In this document: positions 37,725 to 50,735 of the stretch, in pieces
Layout of the letters: each line of letters opens with the position of its first letter
Position numbering within the stretch: position 1 is the first letter of the stretch
Position numbers and translations under genes: made by a program
Notes under the pieces: generated by a model
What the model saw: the letters and a program-made list of their open reading frames with translations, nothing else
The model's database searches: none
Told to the model about the DNA's origin: nothing
Assembly (NCBI RefSeq): GCF_048403405.1
Contig: NZ_CP183129.1
From: Escherichia coli
GTDB taxonomy: Bacteria > Pseudomonadota > Gammaproteobacteria > Enterobacterales > Enterobacteriaceae
Reading direction: 5' to 3' (one strand)
DNA: 64,000 nucleotides

Positions 37725-37738
37725 CGCGAGCTCCAGTA

Positions 37739-38659
37739 TCAGTAACGGATTTTCGGGTCGATAACCGCATATAGCACATCGACAATGGCATTAAACAAAA
37801 TGGTTAACGCACCAACCAGAATGGTCAGACTTAACACTAAGGAATAGTCACGGTTCAATGCGCCATTAACGAACAATTGCCCAATCCCCGGTAAACCATA
37901 AATGGTTTCGATGACCATAGAACCGGTAATAATGCCGACAAATGCAGGGCCCATATAGGAGAGCACGGGTAACAGAGCTGGTTTTAATGCGTGGCGTAAA
38001 ATGATCCGCCGCATAGGTAACCCTTTCGCCCGGGCAGTACGAATAAAGTTGGAGTGTAAAACCTCAATCATAGAGCCACGGGTAATACGCGCAATACTGG
38101 CGATATAGGCGAGTGACAACGCCACCATCGGCAATATCATGAATTTAAGCGCCCCACCATTCCAGCCACCGCCCGGCAGCCAATGCAAAATGATCGCAAA
38201 TATCATGACTAATAATGGCGCAACCACAAAACTGGGGATAACAACCCCGGTCATTGCCAGCCCCATCACGGTATAGTCCCATTTGGTGTTTTGTTTTAAT
38301 GCGGCAATAACGCCAGCACTAACACCCAGTATTACCGCAAGGAAAAATGCTGCGGCTCCCAGTTTGGCAGAAACGGGAAAACTGGATGCAACCAGGTCGT
38401 TGACCGAATAATCTTTATATTTAAACGATGGACCGAAATCGCCATGCGCCAGTTGTTTCAGGTAGCTGAAATACTGTGTCATGATCGGATCATTTAGATG
38501 ATATTTCGCTTCGATATTGGCCATCACTTCTGGCGGTAAAGTACGTTCGCCGGTAAAAGGGCTTCCCGGCGCGAGGCGCATCATGAAGAACGAAATAGTA
38601 ATAAGAATAAATAGCGTCGGAATCGCTTCCAGACAGCGACGTAGAATAAATTTTAACAT
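37739..38659 (-). CDS. oppB: oligopeptide ABC transporter permease OppB
   Basis: 306-aa multi-TM permease; synteny. Confidence 0.95.
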   Translation of the reverse strand: MLKFILRRCLEAIPTLFILITISFFMMRLAPGSPFTGERTLPPEVMANIEAKYHLNDPIMTQYFSYLKQLAHGDFGPSFKYKDYSVNDLVASSFPVSAKLGAAAFFLAVILGVSAGVIAALKQNTKWDYTVMGLAMTGVVIPSFVVAPLLVMIFAIILHWLPGGGWNGGALKFMILPMVALSLAYIASIARITRGSMIEVLHSNFIRTARAKGLPMRRIILRHALKPALLPVLSYMGPAFVGIITGSMVIETIYGLPGIGQLFVNGALNRDYSLVLSLTILVGALTILFNAIVDVLYAVIDPKIRY

Positions 38660-38744
38660 TGCCCTACCTTCTGGCCTGTGCCTTCTGTAATGCGATAAAA
38701 ATCAGACACCGTGGAGCAGGACACGCCTGCCCCACGTATTGCCA

Positions 38745-40376
38745 TTAGTGCTTCACAATGTACATATTCCGGGTGTAGGTATTATCCAGCGGATCTTTGC
38801 CGGTATAGCCACCAACCCACGGTTTCACCAGACGCGCATTCACGTAGTAATAAACAGGAACAATGGCCGAATCCTTATCCAGCTGTTGTTCTGCTTTAGT
38901 GTACAGAGCTGTGCGCTGCGCCTCGTCAGTCGCTTTCAGCGTTTCCGCCATAATGCTGTCAAAGGCCGGGCTCTTATAATGCGCGGTATTCATCGAGCTG
39001 TTCGACAGCATGGTGTTCAGGAAGGAAGTTGGTTCGTTGTAGTCTGCACACCAGCCTGCACGGGCCACATCAAAAGTGCCCTGGTGACGGGTGTCGAGGA
39101 ATGTTTTCCACTCCTGGTTAACCAGTTTGACGTTTACACCAATGTTTTTCTTCCACAATGAAGAGGCAGCAATCGCCAGCTTTTTATGCAGATCGGAGGT
39201 GTTATACAACAGGTTGATGGTTAACGGTTTGTCTGCGGTATAACCCGCTTCAGCCAGCAGTTTTTTCGCTTCTTCGTTACGTTTTTCCTGGCTCCAGCCA
39301 AACCATTCCGGCTGAGTCAATTTTGCGCCATCAGTATACGGTGGAGTGTAACTATAGGCGGGCATGTCGCCCTGCGCTTTCACTTTATTAACAATGATAT
39401 CGCGGTCCATACCCAGTTTCAGTGCGGTACGCACACGTACATCGTTAAATGGCGGTTTCTGGTTGTTAATTTCGTAATAATAAGTGCACAGGTATGGATC
39501 AACGTGAACTTCGTCCGGGATCTCTTTTTTCAGCTTCTGGAACAATTCGATCGGCATGTTGTTATAAGTCATGTCGATTTCACCACTACGGTAGCGATTG
39601 ACATCGGTAACTTCAGAAGCAATAGGCAAATAGGTTACCTGGTTAATAACGGTTTTCGCGTTGTTCCAGTAGGTCGGGCTGCGTTCAAGAACGATTCGTT
39701 CGTTTACGACCCAATCTTTTAAGGTATAGGCACCGTTGGTGACGATATTACCAGGCTGGGTCCATTTTTCGCCGAATTTCTCGATAGCGGCTTTTGGCAC
39801 CGGTGAAGTTGACGGGTGAACAAGTAATTTATAGAAGTACGGAACGGGTTCACTTAAGGTGACTTCTAATGTGTGATCATCAATAGCTTTCACGCCGAGA
39901 TCGGTAATCGGTTTTTTCCCTTCAAGAATTTCATCAATACCGGCGATATGCCCATATTGCAGATAACTGGCATACGGAGAAGCGGTGTTCGGATCAACAG
40001 AACGTTGCCAGCTATACACAAAGTCTTGGGCTGTGACTGGCGTGCCATCAGACCATTTCGCATCTTTACGCAAATGGAAGGTCCAGACTTTCGCGTCTTT
40101 ATTATCCCAGGATTCAGCGACGCCAGGTGCCGGATGGCCGTCAAGATCGCTGACCAGTAAGCCTTCAAACAGGTCTCGGCTGATATTAGACTCCGGAACA
40201 CCTTCAATTTTGTGCGGATCTAATGACTGAACTTCTGAACCATTGTTACGTACCAGCGTTTGTTTTTCCGCCAGTGTGACGCCTGCGGGTACATCAGCTG
40301 CCAGCGCGACATTCCCTGCCATAAGCGCAGCCAGAACGCCAGCTGCTACTAAACTTCTCTTGGTGATGTTGGTCAT
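38745..40376 (-). CDS. oppA: periplasmic oligopeptide-binding protein OppA
   Basis: 543 aa from MTNITKRS with signal peptide. Confidence 0.95.
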   Translation of the reverse strand: MTNITKRSLVAAGVLAALMAGNVALAADVPAGVTLAEKQTLVRNNGSEVQSLDPHKIEGVPESNISRDLFEGLLVSDLDGHPAPGVAESWDNKDAKVWTFHLRKDAKWSDGTPVTAQDFVYSWQRSVDPNTASPYASYLQYGHIAGIDEILEGKKPITDLGVKAIDDHTLEVTLSEPVPYFYKLLVHPSTSPVPKAAIEKFGEKWTQPGNIVTNGAYTLKDWVVNERIVLERSPTYWNNAKTVINQVTYLPIASEVTDVNRYRSGEIDMTYNNMPIELFQKLKKEIPDEVHVDPYLCTYYYEINNQKPPFNDVRVRTALKLGMDRDIIVNKVKAQGDMPAYSYTPPYTDGAKLTQPEWFGWSQEKRNEEAKKLLAEAGYTADKPLTINLLYNTSDLHKKLAIAASSLWKKNIGVNVKLVNQEWKTFLDTRHQGTFDVARAGWCADYNEPTSFLNTMLSNSSMNTAHYKSPAFDSIMAETLKATDEAQRTALYTKAEQQLDKDSAIVPVYYYVNARLVKPWVGGYTGKDPLDNTYTRNMYIVKH

Positions 40377-41113
40377 TGTTTTTTGGACTCCCTCATTATA
40401 ATTACTGGTATTAACCAGCATGTGTAATCCCGGATTGGGACCCTGCACAGGCTCGGAGACTTTCTGCTGTCAGGTTACTTTATCGTTACGTATTACTATC
40501 ACCGACTTTATTTATTCTGGTGATTCAGACGATCACCTTATGTCGATTCGTACTGTGTCTCCCCTGTCGAGACACATTATTCTTTCGCGACGCTCTTTAA
40601 TTGTTAATTATTCTCATTACCAATAAAGAATCGTCTGGCGGTTGCCCGGAAAGTACCAAATGCGCTTCTTACTCGCCAATACATTTTGCAAAATTGTTAA
40701 GCAATTCTCTTTTATTGACCGTATCAGAATCTATAGCTTGCATCCATGTCTTAACAAACATCTTTTAATTCAATCAAATAGAGATTGGTTAAGCATGTCT
40801 CTCTTTTCTGATTACAGTTCCAGTAGTGAAATGCACAATAATTTAACAATTGATTATTATTTAGCACTTTCCTCTACCAAAGGCAGTGGAATTACTAATA
40901 TCATTTCAATTATTCTTCAGCAAGCCCAGGATTATGATGTGGCGAAAATAACATGATGGTGAGGAGAAGCAGTTACGGAAATCCTTATAACTAACTGTAA
41001 TTTGAGAAGAATATTTTTACCTATTCCTTTTGCTTTTGATAACTGCACCGGAACAAAGTAAAAATAATGACGAAGTAAACGGAGCATGGCAGCTCCGTTT
41101 CATTTGAAAGGAA

Positions 41114-41761
41114 TTAATTAAGCAGGCCGGGGAAAATCCCCTTAATACCAGTAACGATAAATTCAATCCCCAATGCCATCAGCAATAGCCCCATAATACG
41201 CGTGATCACGTTGATGCCGGTTTGGCGTAAAACCCGTACCAGCCACGGTGCCATGCGGAACAATCCCCAGCAACATAAAGCGAACAATGCAATAGCCACA
41301 AAGAAACCAAACAGATAGCTAATGCTGTGATAACGCGTACCCCAGACGATGGTAGAACTGATCGCCCCTGGCCCCGCCATCAACGGCAACGCCAGTGGCA
41401 CCACACCAATGCTTTCACGTACCGCGGTTTCTGATTTTTCTTGCTTGTTCTGTTTATCCTCGCCAAGCTTGCCGCTGATCATCGACATCGCTATCGTCAC
41501 CACCAGGATGCCCCCGGCGATACGGAACGAATCAATTGATATACCAAAAAGTTGCAGAATCGTGTCGCCGAGAAAAAGCGAGATCCACAAGATAATGGCC
41601 ACAGACAGGTTGGCTGTAAGGTTAGTTTTGTTTCGCGCTGCCGCTGTCTGATAACTGGTCATGCTGATAAAGACGGGAATAATCCCTACCGGGTTGACCA
41701 GCGCAAATAACCCGATGAAAAATTTGAAGTAAACGGGAAAATCAAAAAGGGTCTGAATCAC
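41114..41761 (-). CDS. ychE: MarC-family inner membrane protein YchE
   Basis: 215-aa multi-TM protein; synteny. Confidence 0.9.
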   Translation of the reverse strand: MIQTLFDFPVYFKFFIGLFALVNPVGIIPVFISMTSYQTAAARNKTNLTANLSVAIILWISLFLGDTILQLFGISIDSFRIAGGILVVTIAMSMISGKLGEDKQNKQEKSETAVRESIGVVPLALPLMAGPGAISSTIVWGTRYHSISYLFGFFVAIALFALCCWGLFRMAPWLVRVLRQTGINVITRIMGLLLMALGIEFIVTGIKGIFPGLLN

Positions 41762-42237
41762 GGTTAGCTCCGAAGCAAAAGCCGGATAATGTTAGCCATA
41801 AATAAGGTTAAAAAGACGCGCTGACAATACGCCTTTTGACAGCATTTTTCACCTCCTAACTACTTAAAATTGCTATCATTCGTTATTGTTATCTGGTTGT
41901 GCAAAACATGATAATGTAGCCAACAAATCATACTACAATTTATTAACTGTTAGCTATAATGGCGAAAAGCGATGCTGAAAGGTGTCAGCTTTGCAAAAAT
42001 TTGATTTGGATCACGTAATCAGTACCCAGAAGTGAGTAATCTTGCTTACGCCACCTGGAAGTGACGCATTAGAGATAATAACTCTAATGTTTAAACTCTT
42101 TTAGTAAATCACAGTGAGTGTGAGCGCGAGTAAGCTTTTGATTTTCATCGGTTAAGCAAATCATCACCGCACTGACTATACTCTCGTATTCGAGCAGATG
42201 ATTTACTAAAAAAGTTTAACATTATCAGGAGAGCATT

Positions 42238-44913
42238 ATGGCTGTTACTAATGTCGCTGAACTTAACGCACTCGTAGAGCGTGTAAAAAAAGCCCAGCGT
42301 GAATATGCCAGTTTCACTCAAGAGCAAGTAGACAAAATCTTCCGCGCCGCCGCTCTGGCTGCTGCAGATGCTCGAATCCCACTCGCGAAAATGGCCGTTG
42401 CCGAATCCGGCATGGGTATCGTCGAAGATAAAGTGATCAAAAACCACTTTGCTTCTGAATATATCTACAACGCCTATAAAGATGAAAAAACCTGTGGTGT
42501 TCTGTCTGAAGACGACACTTTTGGTACCATCACTATCGCTGAACCAATCGGTATTATTTGCGGTATCGTTCCGACCACTAACCCGACTTCAACTGCTATC
42601 TTCAAATCGCTGATCAGCCTGAAGACCCGTAACGCCATTATCTTCTCCCCGCACCCGCGTGCAAAAGATGCAACCAACAAAGCAGCTGATATCGTTCTGC
42701 AGGCTGCTATCGCTGCCGGTGCTCCGAAAGATCTGATCGGCTGGATCGATCAACCTTCTGTTGAACTGTCTAACGCACTGATGCACCACCCAGACATCAA
42801 CCTGATCCTCGCGACTGGTGGTCCGGGCATGGTTAAAGCCGCATACAGCTCCGGTAAACCAGCTATCGGCGTAGGCGCGGGCAACACTCCAGTTGTTATC
42901 GATGAAACTGCTGATATCAAACGTGCAGTTGCATCTGTACTGATGTCCAAAACCTTCGACAACGGCGTAATCTGTGCTTCTGAACAGTCTGTTGTTGTTG
43001 TTGACTCTGTTTATGACGCAGTACGTGAACGTTTCGCAACCCACGGCGGCTATCTGTTGCAGGGTAAAGAGCTGAAAGCTGTTCAGGACGTTATCCTGAA
43101 AAACGGTGAGCTGAACGCGGCTATCGTTGGTCAGCCAGCCTATAAAATTGCTGAACTGGCAGGCTTCTCTGTACCAGAAAACACCAAGATTCTGATCGGT
43201 GAAGTGACCGTTGTTGATGAAAGCGAACCGTTCGCACATGAAAAACTGTCCCCGACTCTGGCAATGTACCGCGCTAAAGATTTCGAAGACGCGGTAGAAA
43301 AAGCAGAGAAACTGGTTGCTATGGGCGGTATCGGTCATACCTCTTGCCTGTACACTGACCAGGATAACCAACCGGCTCGCGTTTCTTACTTCGGTCAGAA
43401 AATGAAAACGGCTCGTATCCTGATTAACACCCCGGCTTCTCAGGGTGGTATCGGTGACCTGTATAACTTCAAACTCGCACCTTCCCTGACTCTGGGTTGT
43501 GGTTCCTGGGGTGGTAACTCCATCTCTGAAAACGTTGGTCCGAAACACCTGATCAACAAGAAAACCGTTGCTAAGCGAGCTGAAAACATGTTGTGGCACA
43601 AACTTCCGAAATCTATCTACTTCCGCCGTGGCTCCCTGCCAATCGCGCTGGATGAAGTGATTACTGATGGCCACAAACGTGCGCTCATCGTGACTGACCG
43701 CTTCCTGTTCAACAATGGTTATGCTGATCAGATCACTTCCGTACTGAAAGCAGCAGGCGTTGAAACTGAAGTCTTCTTCGAAGTAGAAGCTGACCCGACC
43801 CTGAGCATCGTTCGTAAAGGTGCAGAACTGGCAAACTCCTTCAAACCAGACGTGATTATCGCGCTGGGTGGTGGTTCCCCGATGGACGCCGCGAAGATCA
43901 TGTGGGTCATGTACGAACATCCGGAAACTCACTTCGAAGAACTGGCGCTGCGCTTTATGGATATCCGTAAACGTATCTACAAGTTCCCGAAAATGGGCGT
44001 GAAAGCGAAAATGATCGCTGTCACCACCACTTCTGGTACAGGTTCTGAAGTCACTCCGTTTGCGGTTGTAACTGACGACGCTACTGGTCAGAAATATCCG
44101 CTGGCAGACTATGCGCTGACCCCGGATATGGCGATTGTCGATGCCAACCTGGTTATGGACATGCCGAAGTCCCTGTGTGCTTTCGGTGGTCTGGACGCAG
44201 TAACTCACGCCATGGAAGCTTATGTTTCTGTACTGGCATCTGAGTTCTCTGATGGTCAGGCTCTGCAGGCGCTGAAACTGCTGAAAGAATATCTGCCAGC
44301 GTCCTACCACGAAGGATCTAAAAATCCGGTAGCGCGTGAACGTGTTCACAGTGCAGCAACTATCGCGGGTATCGCGTTTGCGAACGCCTTCCTGGGTGTA
44401 TGTCACTCAATGGCGCACAAACTGGGTTCCCAGTTCCATATTCCGCACGGTCTGGCAAACGCCCTGCTGATTTGTAACGTTATTCGCTACAACGCGAACG
44501 ACAACCCGACCAAGCAGACTGCATTCAGCCAGTATGACCGTCCGCAAGCTCGCCGTCGTTATGCTGAAATTGCTGACCACCTGGGTCTGAGCGCACCGGG
44601 CGACCGTACTGCTGCTAAGATCGAGAAACTGCTGGCATGGCTGGAAACGCTGAAAGCTGAACTGGGTATTCCGAAATCTATCCGTGAAGCTGGCGTTCAG
44701 GAAGCAGACTTCCTGGCGAATGTGGATAAACTGTCTGAAGATGCATTCGATGACCAGTGCACCGGCGCTAACCCGCGTTACCCACTGATCTCCGAGCTGA
44801 AACAGATTCTGCTGGATACCTACTACGGTCGTGATTATGTAGAAGGTGAAACTGCAGCGAAAAAAGAAGCCGCTCCGGCTAAAGCTGAGAAAAAAGCGAA
44901 GAAATCCGCTTAA
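42238..44913 (+). CDS. adhE: bifunctional aldehyde/alcohol dehydrogenase AdhE
   Basis: 891 aa; N-terminal aldehyde DH and C-terminal iron-type alcohol DH domains. Confidence 0.97.
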   Translation: MAVTNVAELNALVERVKKAQREYASFTQEQVDKIFRAAALAAADARIPLAKMAVAESGMGIVEDKVIKNHFASEYIYNAYKDEKTCGVLSEDDTFGTITIAEPIGIICGIVPTTNPTSTAIFKSLISLKTRNAIIFSPHPRAKDATNKAADIVLQAAIAAGAPKDLIGWIDQPSVELSNALMHHPDINLILATGGPGMVKAAYSSGKPAIGVGAGNTPVVIDETADIKRAVASVLMSKTFDNGVICASEQSVVVVDSVYDAVRERFATHGGYLLQGKELKAVQDVILKNGELNAAIVGQPAYKIAELAGFSVPENTKILIGEVTVVDESEPFAHEKLSPTLAMYRAKDFEDAVEKAEKLVAMGGIGHTSCLYTDQDNQPARVSYFGQKMKTARILINTPASQGGIGDLYNFKLAPSLTLGCGSWGGNSISENVGPKHLINKKTVAKRAENMLWHKLPKSIYFRRGSLPIALDEVITDGHKRALIVTDRFLFNNGYADQITSVLKAAGVETEVFFEVEADPTLSIVRKGAELANSFKPDVIIALGGGSPMDAAKIMWVMYEHPETHFEELALRFMDIRKRIYKFPKMGVKAKMIAVTTTSGTGSEVTPFAVVTDDATGQKYPLADYALTPDMAIVDANLVMDMPKSLCAFGGLDAVTHAMEAYVSVLASEFSDGQALQALKLLKEYLPASYHEGSKNPVARERVHSAATIAGIAFANAFLGVCHSMAHKLGSQFHIPHGLANALLICNVIRYNANDNPTKQTAFSQYDRPQARRRYAEIADHLGLSAPGDRTAAKIEKLLAWLETLKAELGIPKSIREAGVQEADFLANVDKLSEDAFDDQCTGANPRYPLISELKQILLDTYYGRDYVEGETAAKKEAAPAKAEKKAKKSA

Positions 44914-45215
44914 TCAGTAGCGCTGTCTGGCAACATAAACGGTCCCTTCTGGGGCCGTTTTTTTGTTTTACCCAAAGCAACTTTCCCATAAACCGACAGC
45001 ATTTGCCTTCATCATATTTACGGCGATGTATAACGCCTACACACAGCGATATTGTACTTTACAGGTCACAAGTCAACGTCACTGTAAAAGCGCTCTGTGA
45101 GGGGTATAGTGGCGTTAAAGAACTGTCGAGAAGGGTATATACACCGGATGAAGTGAGTAAAACGAACTGACAGGATAAAAGCGCCCTGCTCACCCTGTCA
45201 GTAAAGAAATTCTTA

Positions 45216-45833
45216 TTAATCGTGGCGATGCCTTTCCTGAATAGCCGTTAATGAACCGACTTCTAACGCCTCTTTATAGTGTTTACGGCATACAGAAACG
45301 TAGCGTTCATTACCACCAATAACCACCTGCTCACCTTCGTTATAAGGTCTGCCTGCTTGATCAAGACGCAGCACCATGCTTGCTTTGCGGCCACAAAAAC
45401 AGATGGTTTTTAATTCAACCAGTTTGTCGGACCATGCCAGTAAGTATTGGCTGCCAATAAATAACTCACCTCGAAAATCGGTACGTAAACCATAACAAAG
45501 TACGGGTATATCGAGTTGATCGACAACCTCCGATAATTCATATACTTGTTGTCTGGTTAAAAACTGGCATTCATCAACCAGTACGCAATGAATTGCCTGC
45601 TGTTCATGTTCCGCACGAATCTCATCAAATAATGATGAATTTTGGTTAAATAATTTTGCAGGCGATGACAAACCTATACGCGAGCTGACTTTCCCGGCAC
45701 CAAAGCGATCATCAATTTCTGCCGTATATACGACAGTGCGCATGCCGCGTTCCTGGTAATTGTATGAAGATTGCAACAATGCTGTAGACTTACCCGCATT
45801 CATTGCGGAATAGTAGAAATATAGCTGTGCCAT
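45216..45833 (-). CDS. tdk: thymidine kinase
   Basis: 205 aa; P-loop MNAGKST. Confidence 0.95.
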
Positions 45834-46436
45834 CAGCCACAGGCCCTCAATGATATGAATTAAAGTTGGCTGGAGTTTATCATAATTCGTCAGTTTTTCA
45901 GCTCAACAGTATGCACAGAAGTGGTATATGCGTTCTCCCTTACGAAGCCTTGCATAATCCTTCTGAGCTATCATTACAACTGCCTCGCTTGTTATAAGCG
46001 GGTAAATGACTGCTGGTAACTATTCACAATCTTTAACCTGTTGCGCAAGTAATAGCCCTCTGTTGACCTCCAGGAGATAGTGCAATACTAAGTCCCTGCT
46101 CTTATTGCGACTGTTCTACTTTTCATCATTCGCTTAATAGGGAATTCTCGTAAACACGACTAATACAGAAGACTGAAAGGTCGTCAGCCTACGATAATCT
46201 CCCCATAAAATGTGACATGAATCAGGAAGTTTTAACCTCACGTGCTGCGAAATCATCGGCGCAAATAGGGCTATATGCCGCGTCTTTTCTGGCTAATTTT
46301 ATGAAAAGATATTTATTGGCGGCACAAAATAAAGAACAATTTTGAATTCCTTACATTCCTGGCTATTGCACAACTGAATTTAAGGCTCTATTATTACCTC
46401 AACAAACCACCCCAATATAAGTTTGAGATTACTACA

Positions 46437-46850
46437 ATGAGCGAAGCACTTAAAATTCTGAACAACATCCGTACTCTTCGTGCGCAGGCAAGAGAATGTA
46501 CACTTGAAACGCTGGAAGAAATGCTGGAAAAATTAGAAGTTGTTGTTAACGAACGTCGCGAAGAAGAAAGCGCGGCTGCTGCTGAAGTTGAAGAGCGCAC
46601 TCGTAAACTGCAGCAATATCGCGAAATGCTGATCGCTGACGGTATTGACCCGAACGAACTGCTGAATAGCCTTGCTGCCGTTAAATCTGGCACCAAAGCT
46701 AAACGTGCTCAGCGTCCGGCAAAATATAGCTACGTTGACGAAAACGGCGAAACTAAAACCTGGACTGGTCAGGGCCGTACTCCAGCTGTAATCAAAAAAG
46801 CAATGGATGAGCAAGGTAAATCCCTCGACGATTTCCTGATCAAGCAATAA
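46437..46850 (+). CDS. hns: nucleoid protein H-NS
   Basis: 137 aa; [20 protein letters not shown]...TWTGQGRTP. Confidence 0.97.
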
Positions 46851-46994
46851 TCTTTTGTAGATTGCACTTGCTTAAAAATCCCGCCATCGGCGGGATTTTT
46901 TATTGTCCGGTTTAAGACAATTTAATAAGAATAAGCTATAAAAAAACGGCGTCGATTGCTCAACGCCGTTTCGTGGATAACACCGATACGGATG

Positions 46995-47903
46995 TTACTT
47001 CTTAATGCCCATCTCTTCTTCAAGCCAGGCTTTAAATTCCGTGCCAAGGGTGTTATGACGAATACCGTATTCAACGAAGGCCTGCATGTAACCTAATTTA
47101 TTACCGCAGTCATGGCTCTTCCCTTTCATATGATAGGCTTCCACCGTTTCTTTTTCGATCAGCATATCAATTGCGTCGGTGAGCTGAATTTCATCACCAG
47201 CTCCCGGAGGAGTTTTTGCCAGCAACGGCCAAATATCCGCGCTAAGTACGTAACGACCCACAATAGCGAGATTAGACGGCGCAACATCCGCTTTCGGTTT
47301 TTCTACCACACCAACCATCGGTACGCTTTCACCCGGCGCTAATTCAACGCCTTTGCAATCCACAACGCCATATGCGGTAACATCAGCAACCGGTTCAACC
47401 ATGATCTGGCTATGACCCGTTTCATCAAAGCAGCGGATCATCTCTGCCAGGTTATCCTGTGACAAATCGGATTCATATTCATCCAGAATAACGTCAGGCA
47501 AAATAACAGCCACAGGTTCATCACCCACTACCGGGTGAGCACACAATACCGCATGTCCCAGGCCTTTCGCCAGCCCCTGACGAACTTGCATAATAGTCAC
47601 GTGCGGCGGACAAATAGACTGCACTTCATCAAGCAGTTGACGTTTTACACGTTTTTCCAGCATTGCTTCCAGTTCAAAACTGGTATCAAAGTGGTTTTCA
47701 ATCGAGTTTTTAGATGAGTGAGTAACCAGCACAATTTCAGTAATGCCAGCCGCAATACATTCATTCACGACGTATTGAATTAATGGCTTATCGACAAGTG
47801 GCAGCATCTCTTTCGGGATGGCTTTCGTCGCCGGCAACATCCTGGTTCCTAATCCCGCAACGGGGATAACGGCTTTTTTGACTTTCGTATTAATGGCAGC
47901 CAT
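46995..47903 (-). CDS. galU: UTP-glucose-1-phosphate uridylyltransferase GalU
   Basis: 302 aa; nucleotidyltransferase motif [16 protein letters not shown]. Confidence 0.95.
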   Translation of the reverse strand: MAAINTKVKKAVIPVAGLGTRMLPATKAIPKEMLPLVDKPLIQYVVNECIAAGITEIVLVTHSSKNSIENHFDTSFELEAMLEKRVKRQLLDEVQSICPPHVTIMQVRQGLAKGLGHAVLCAHPVVGDEPVAVILPDVILDEYESDLSQDNLAEMIRCFDETGHSQIMVEPVADVTAYGVVDCKGVELAPGESVPMVGVVEKPKADVAPSNLAIVGRYVLSADIWPLLAKTPPGAGDEIQLTDAIDMLIEKETVEAYHMKGKSHDCGNKLGYMQAFVEYGIRHNTLGTEFKAWLEEEMGIKK

Positions 47904-48104
47904 TTAAATTCTCCTGGACTGTTCGTGTTTTGAACGTGTTCATATTTCTGTATCGCATCCCAGTATATCAGCACCCCGAAGGGGCTAAGTTCTGAAAAGG
48001 AGGCGAGTTAGCATAATTAAGACAATTACTTATACGAATGGCGACGATAGTAACACCAGCCGACATTAGCAGGTAATGCAAATTTAGCCCGCGTTATCGT
48101 TTGC

Positions 48105-49118
48105 TCATTCTGCAGACAACATCAAGCGAAGCCGACCACCGGTTCCCCATATTTGGCATTGCCAGGCATCGCATCGCTGGCTCAATTGATTCAAATAAGC
48201 GTTACCTAAAGTGCCTAACGGAACACCATTACTGATTTGCACCTGGTGTTCGCCAGTATTTAATGTCGCATTCAGACCCGCAGAAACCAGAATGAGATTT
48301 TTCAGTTCGCGATGATAATAGCCAACTAATAGCGGAAACTGCCCCGGTAGATTGGCCTGACGGAGTAAATGGTTTACCTGCTTCAATAACGCGCCCAACT
48401 CTGGCAACCGTTGATTTTGATGTGCAAGCTGTTCCTGTAATAATCCGTTAAACAATGCGCGTAATAACAAGGCAGCAAGTACGCCATTATGTCCAGCTCG
48501 GGTGACATCAAGGCAATAAAATGCCAGATCGTTTTCCGAAAGTGCGGCAATATCAAGCACCAGGCCGGGTTTGTCCGCGGCAACCAATTGACGATAATTA
48601 ACCCGGCAATGGGAAATCACCTGCTGAACCGGCGGTTGCAATTCCTGTAATAATTTCGCCGCTGCGGCAGGGTTATCAACCATTGCATCCCAGTCGCGAA
48701 AAAGCCTCTCCTCTTCCTCAACGCGGGAATTAAACATGCTGGGATAGAGACAGGCAAAAACCATCTCGCGCAAGCGATTCAGATCTTTAACTGGTTTCAG
48801 CAAAACATCTTCAACGCCCAGACGTAACGCTTTGGCAATATCTGCCATATTTTCAGTGGCAGATATCACCAGAACAGGTGTCTGGTCGCCTCTGTTACGT
48901 ATATGCTCCAGCAGTTTAAGCCCGTTCATTCGTGGCATCGCGATATCACATATCATCAGGTCTGGAGTGAAACCTCCCAGCAACTCAAGGGCATCCACCC
49001 CATCAGCCGCCAGTACCGTTGTCGCTCCCAATGAGGAAAACCACGAATCCAGAAGCGAGCGAAATACCTGCTCATCTTCAACAATGAGAATCTGTTTTCC
49101 GACCAATGGCTGCGTCAT
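48105..49118 (-). CDS. rssB: RpoS proteolysis adaptor RssB (response regulator)
   Basis: 337 aa; receiver domain N-terminus. Confidence 0.95.
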   Translation of the reverse strand: MTQPLVGKQILIVEDEQVFRSLLDSWFSSLGATTVLAADGVDALELLGGFTPDLMICDIAMPRMNGLKLLEHIRNRGDQTPVLVISATENMADIAKALRLGVEDVLLKPVKDLNRLREMVFACLYPSMFNSRVEEEERLFRDWDAMVDNPAAAAKLLQELQPPVQQVISHCRVNYRQLVAADKPGLVLDIAALSENDLAFYCLDVTRAGHNGVLAALLLRALFNGLLQEQLAHQNQRLPELGALLKQVNHLLRQANLPGQFPLLVGYYHRELKNLILVSAGLNATLNTGEHQVQISNGVPLGTLGNAYLNQLSQRCDAWQCQIWGTGGRLRLMLSAE

Positions 49119-49209
49119 GTTCTCTCCCCTGACTGGCTTTACTCAATAGTGGCATGCTATTGCCACCTGCGCCTGTCAGAATTAACTTAAGTGTAGATAA
49201 AAATTCTGG

Positions 49210-50115
49210 TCAAATGTTGGTGCGTACCAACGGCAAAAGTTCATCCATTTTCTTTTCCACTGCCAGCTGCCCAGCCGCAATGGCAGCGTGCGCGCGATGG
49301 AAATCAAGCGTAGATATTTGCGGGCAAACAGGTTGAATCAGAATATCGGGCGGATCACCTGCCATGCGGTTCCTTTTAAGGCGGTTCTCCAGCACCTGGA
49401 TAGAAGTGGTCATAATCTCTGTTGCCGTTGGCGCTGTCACCGCCCGACGTGTCGTTATGCTGCCCAACCTTTCTTTCAGACGCGCATGCCACGGCAGAGA
49501 ATCACCATTCTCGCTATTTTCTTCACTAACATTAAAGGAGAGCAGATCTTGTTGCATCAAATGAGCATCGTGCTGCAGGTCGACCGCTATCACAATATCA
49601 GCACCCAATGCACGCGTGAGCGAAATAGGAATTGGGTTAACTACAGCGCCATCAACCAGCCAGTAGCCGTTATGCGCAACGGGTGCCATTAGTCCTGGAA
49701 TACTGCATGATGCACGAATAGCAAGATGGAGATCGCCTTCAGTAAACCATAATTCGCGCCCAGTACTTAAATTGGTGGCAACAGCCGCGAAGCGACGGGA
49801 ACAATTTTCGATCTCTGTTTCCGGCATTATTTCGCGATATTGATTGAAGACACGCTCGCCGCGCAGTAACCCACCGCGCTGCCAGGAGAGATCCATCAGG
49901 CGTAAAACATCCCAATAACTGAAAGAGGTCACCCAATCTTCCAGCGCAGATAGTCGATCGCATGCATAGGCAGCGCCCACCAGCGAACCAATTGAACATC
50001 CTGCAACGATATCAATTTCAATACCCACTTTTTTTAGCGCATTAATAACGCCAATATGCGACCAACCTCTCGCCGCGCCAGATCCCAGCGCCAGCCCTAT
50101 TTTTATCTTTCTCAT
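49210..50115 (-). CDS. rssA: patatin-like phospholipase RssA
   Basis: GxSxG (GCSIGS) and oxyanion motif. Confidence 0.9.
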   Translation of the reverse strand: MRKIKIGLALGSGAARGWSHIGVINALKKVGIEIDIVAGCSIGSLVGAAYACDRLSALEDWVTSFSYWDVLRLMDLSWQRGGLLRGERVFNQYREIMPETEIENCSRRFAAVATNLSTGRELWFTEGDLHLAIRASCSIPGLMAPVAHNGYWLVDGAVVNPIPISLTRALGADIVIAVDLQHDAHLMQQDLLSFNVSEENSENGDSLPWHARLKERLGSITTRRAVTAPTATEIMTTSIQVLENRLKRNRMAGDPPDILIQPVCPQISTLDFHRAHAAIAAGQLAVEKKMDELLPLVRTNI

Positions 50116-50227
50116 TATTCCCGCAAGATTCCCCTGGAATGCAATCGTAGCAACATCGCTACTGCTCGGTTAACATAGTGCTACTCAGGCGGTTAATACG
50201 CCGTTATTGTTTCCAGGGAGATTATTT

Positions 50228-50686
50228 GTGTCTCAGCTTTGTCCCTGTGGTAGTGCTGTCGAGTATAGCCTATGTTGCCACCCTTATGTGTCTGGTGAAA
50301 AGGTTGCACCTGATCCAGAACATCTCATGCGTTCGCGTTACTGCGCTTTTGTGATGAAAGACGCAGATTATTTAATAAAGACCTGGCATCCATCTTGTGG
50401 AGCGGCGGCGTTACGTGCCGAATTGATTGCCGGATTTGCGCATACTGAATGGTTAGGATTGACCGTATTTGAACATTGTTGGCAGGACGTCGACAATATC
50501 GGATTTGTCAGTTTTGTTGCGCGATATACCGAAGGTGGCAAAACAGGTGCAATCATTGAACGTTCGCGATTTTTGAAAGAAAACGGTCAATGGTACTATA
50601 TTGACGGTACACGTCCGCAGTTTGGCCGCAACGATCCCTGCCCTTGTGGTTCAGGTAAAAAATTTAAAAAGTGCTGCGGCCAATAA
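50228..50686 (+). CDS. ychJ: YchJ (SEC-C motif protein)
   Basis: GTG start; CPCGS motifs at both termini. Confidence 0.85.
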   Translation: MSQLCPCGSAVEYSLCCHPYVSGEKVAPDPEHLMRSRYCAFVMKDADYLIKTWHPSCGAAALRAELIAGFAHTEWLGLTVFEHCWQDVDNIGFVSFVARYTEGGKTGAIIERSRFLKENGQWYYIDGTRPQFGRNDPCPCGSGKKFKKCCGQ

Positions 50687-50735
50687 TGGTTGACGGTACG
50701 GTTTAGCAAACACTCTCAACAAGGTTTTTCCAGCA

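Noticed and set aside
40642-40956. 104-aa plus-strand ORF between oppA and ychE
   Set aside because: AT-rich oppA upstream leader; no ribosome-binding site and no recognisable protein features.
42589-44406. 605-aa minus-strand ORF
   Set aside because: Lies entirely antisense within adhE; Arg/Cys/Phe-rich low-complexity translation typical of a shadow ORF.
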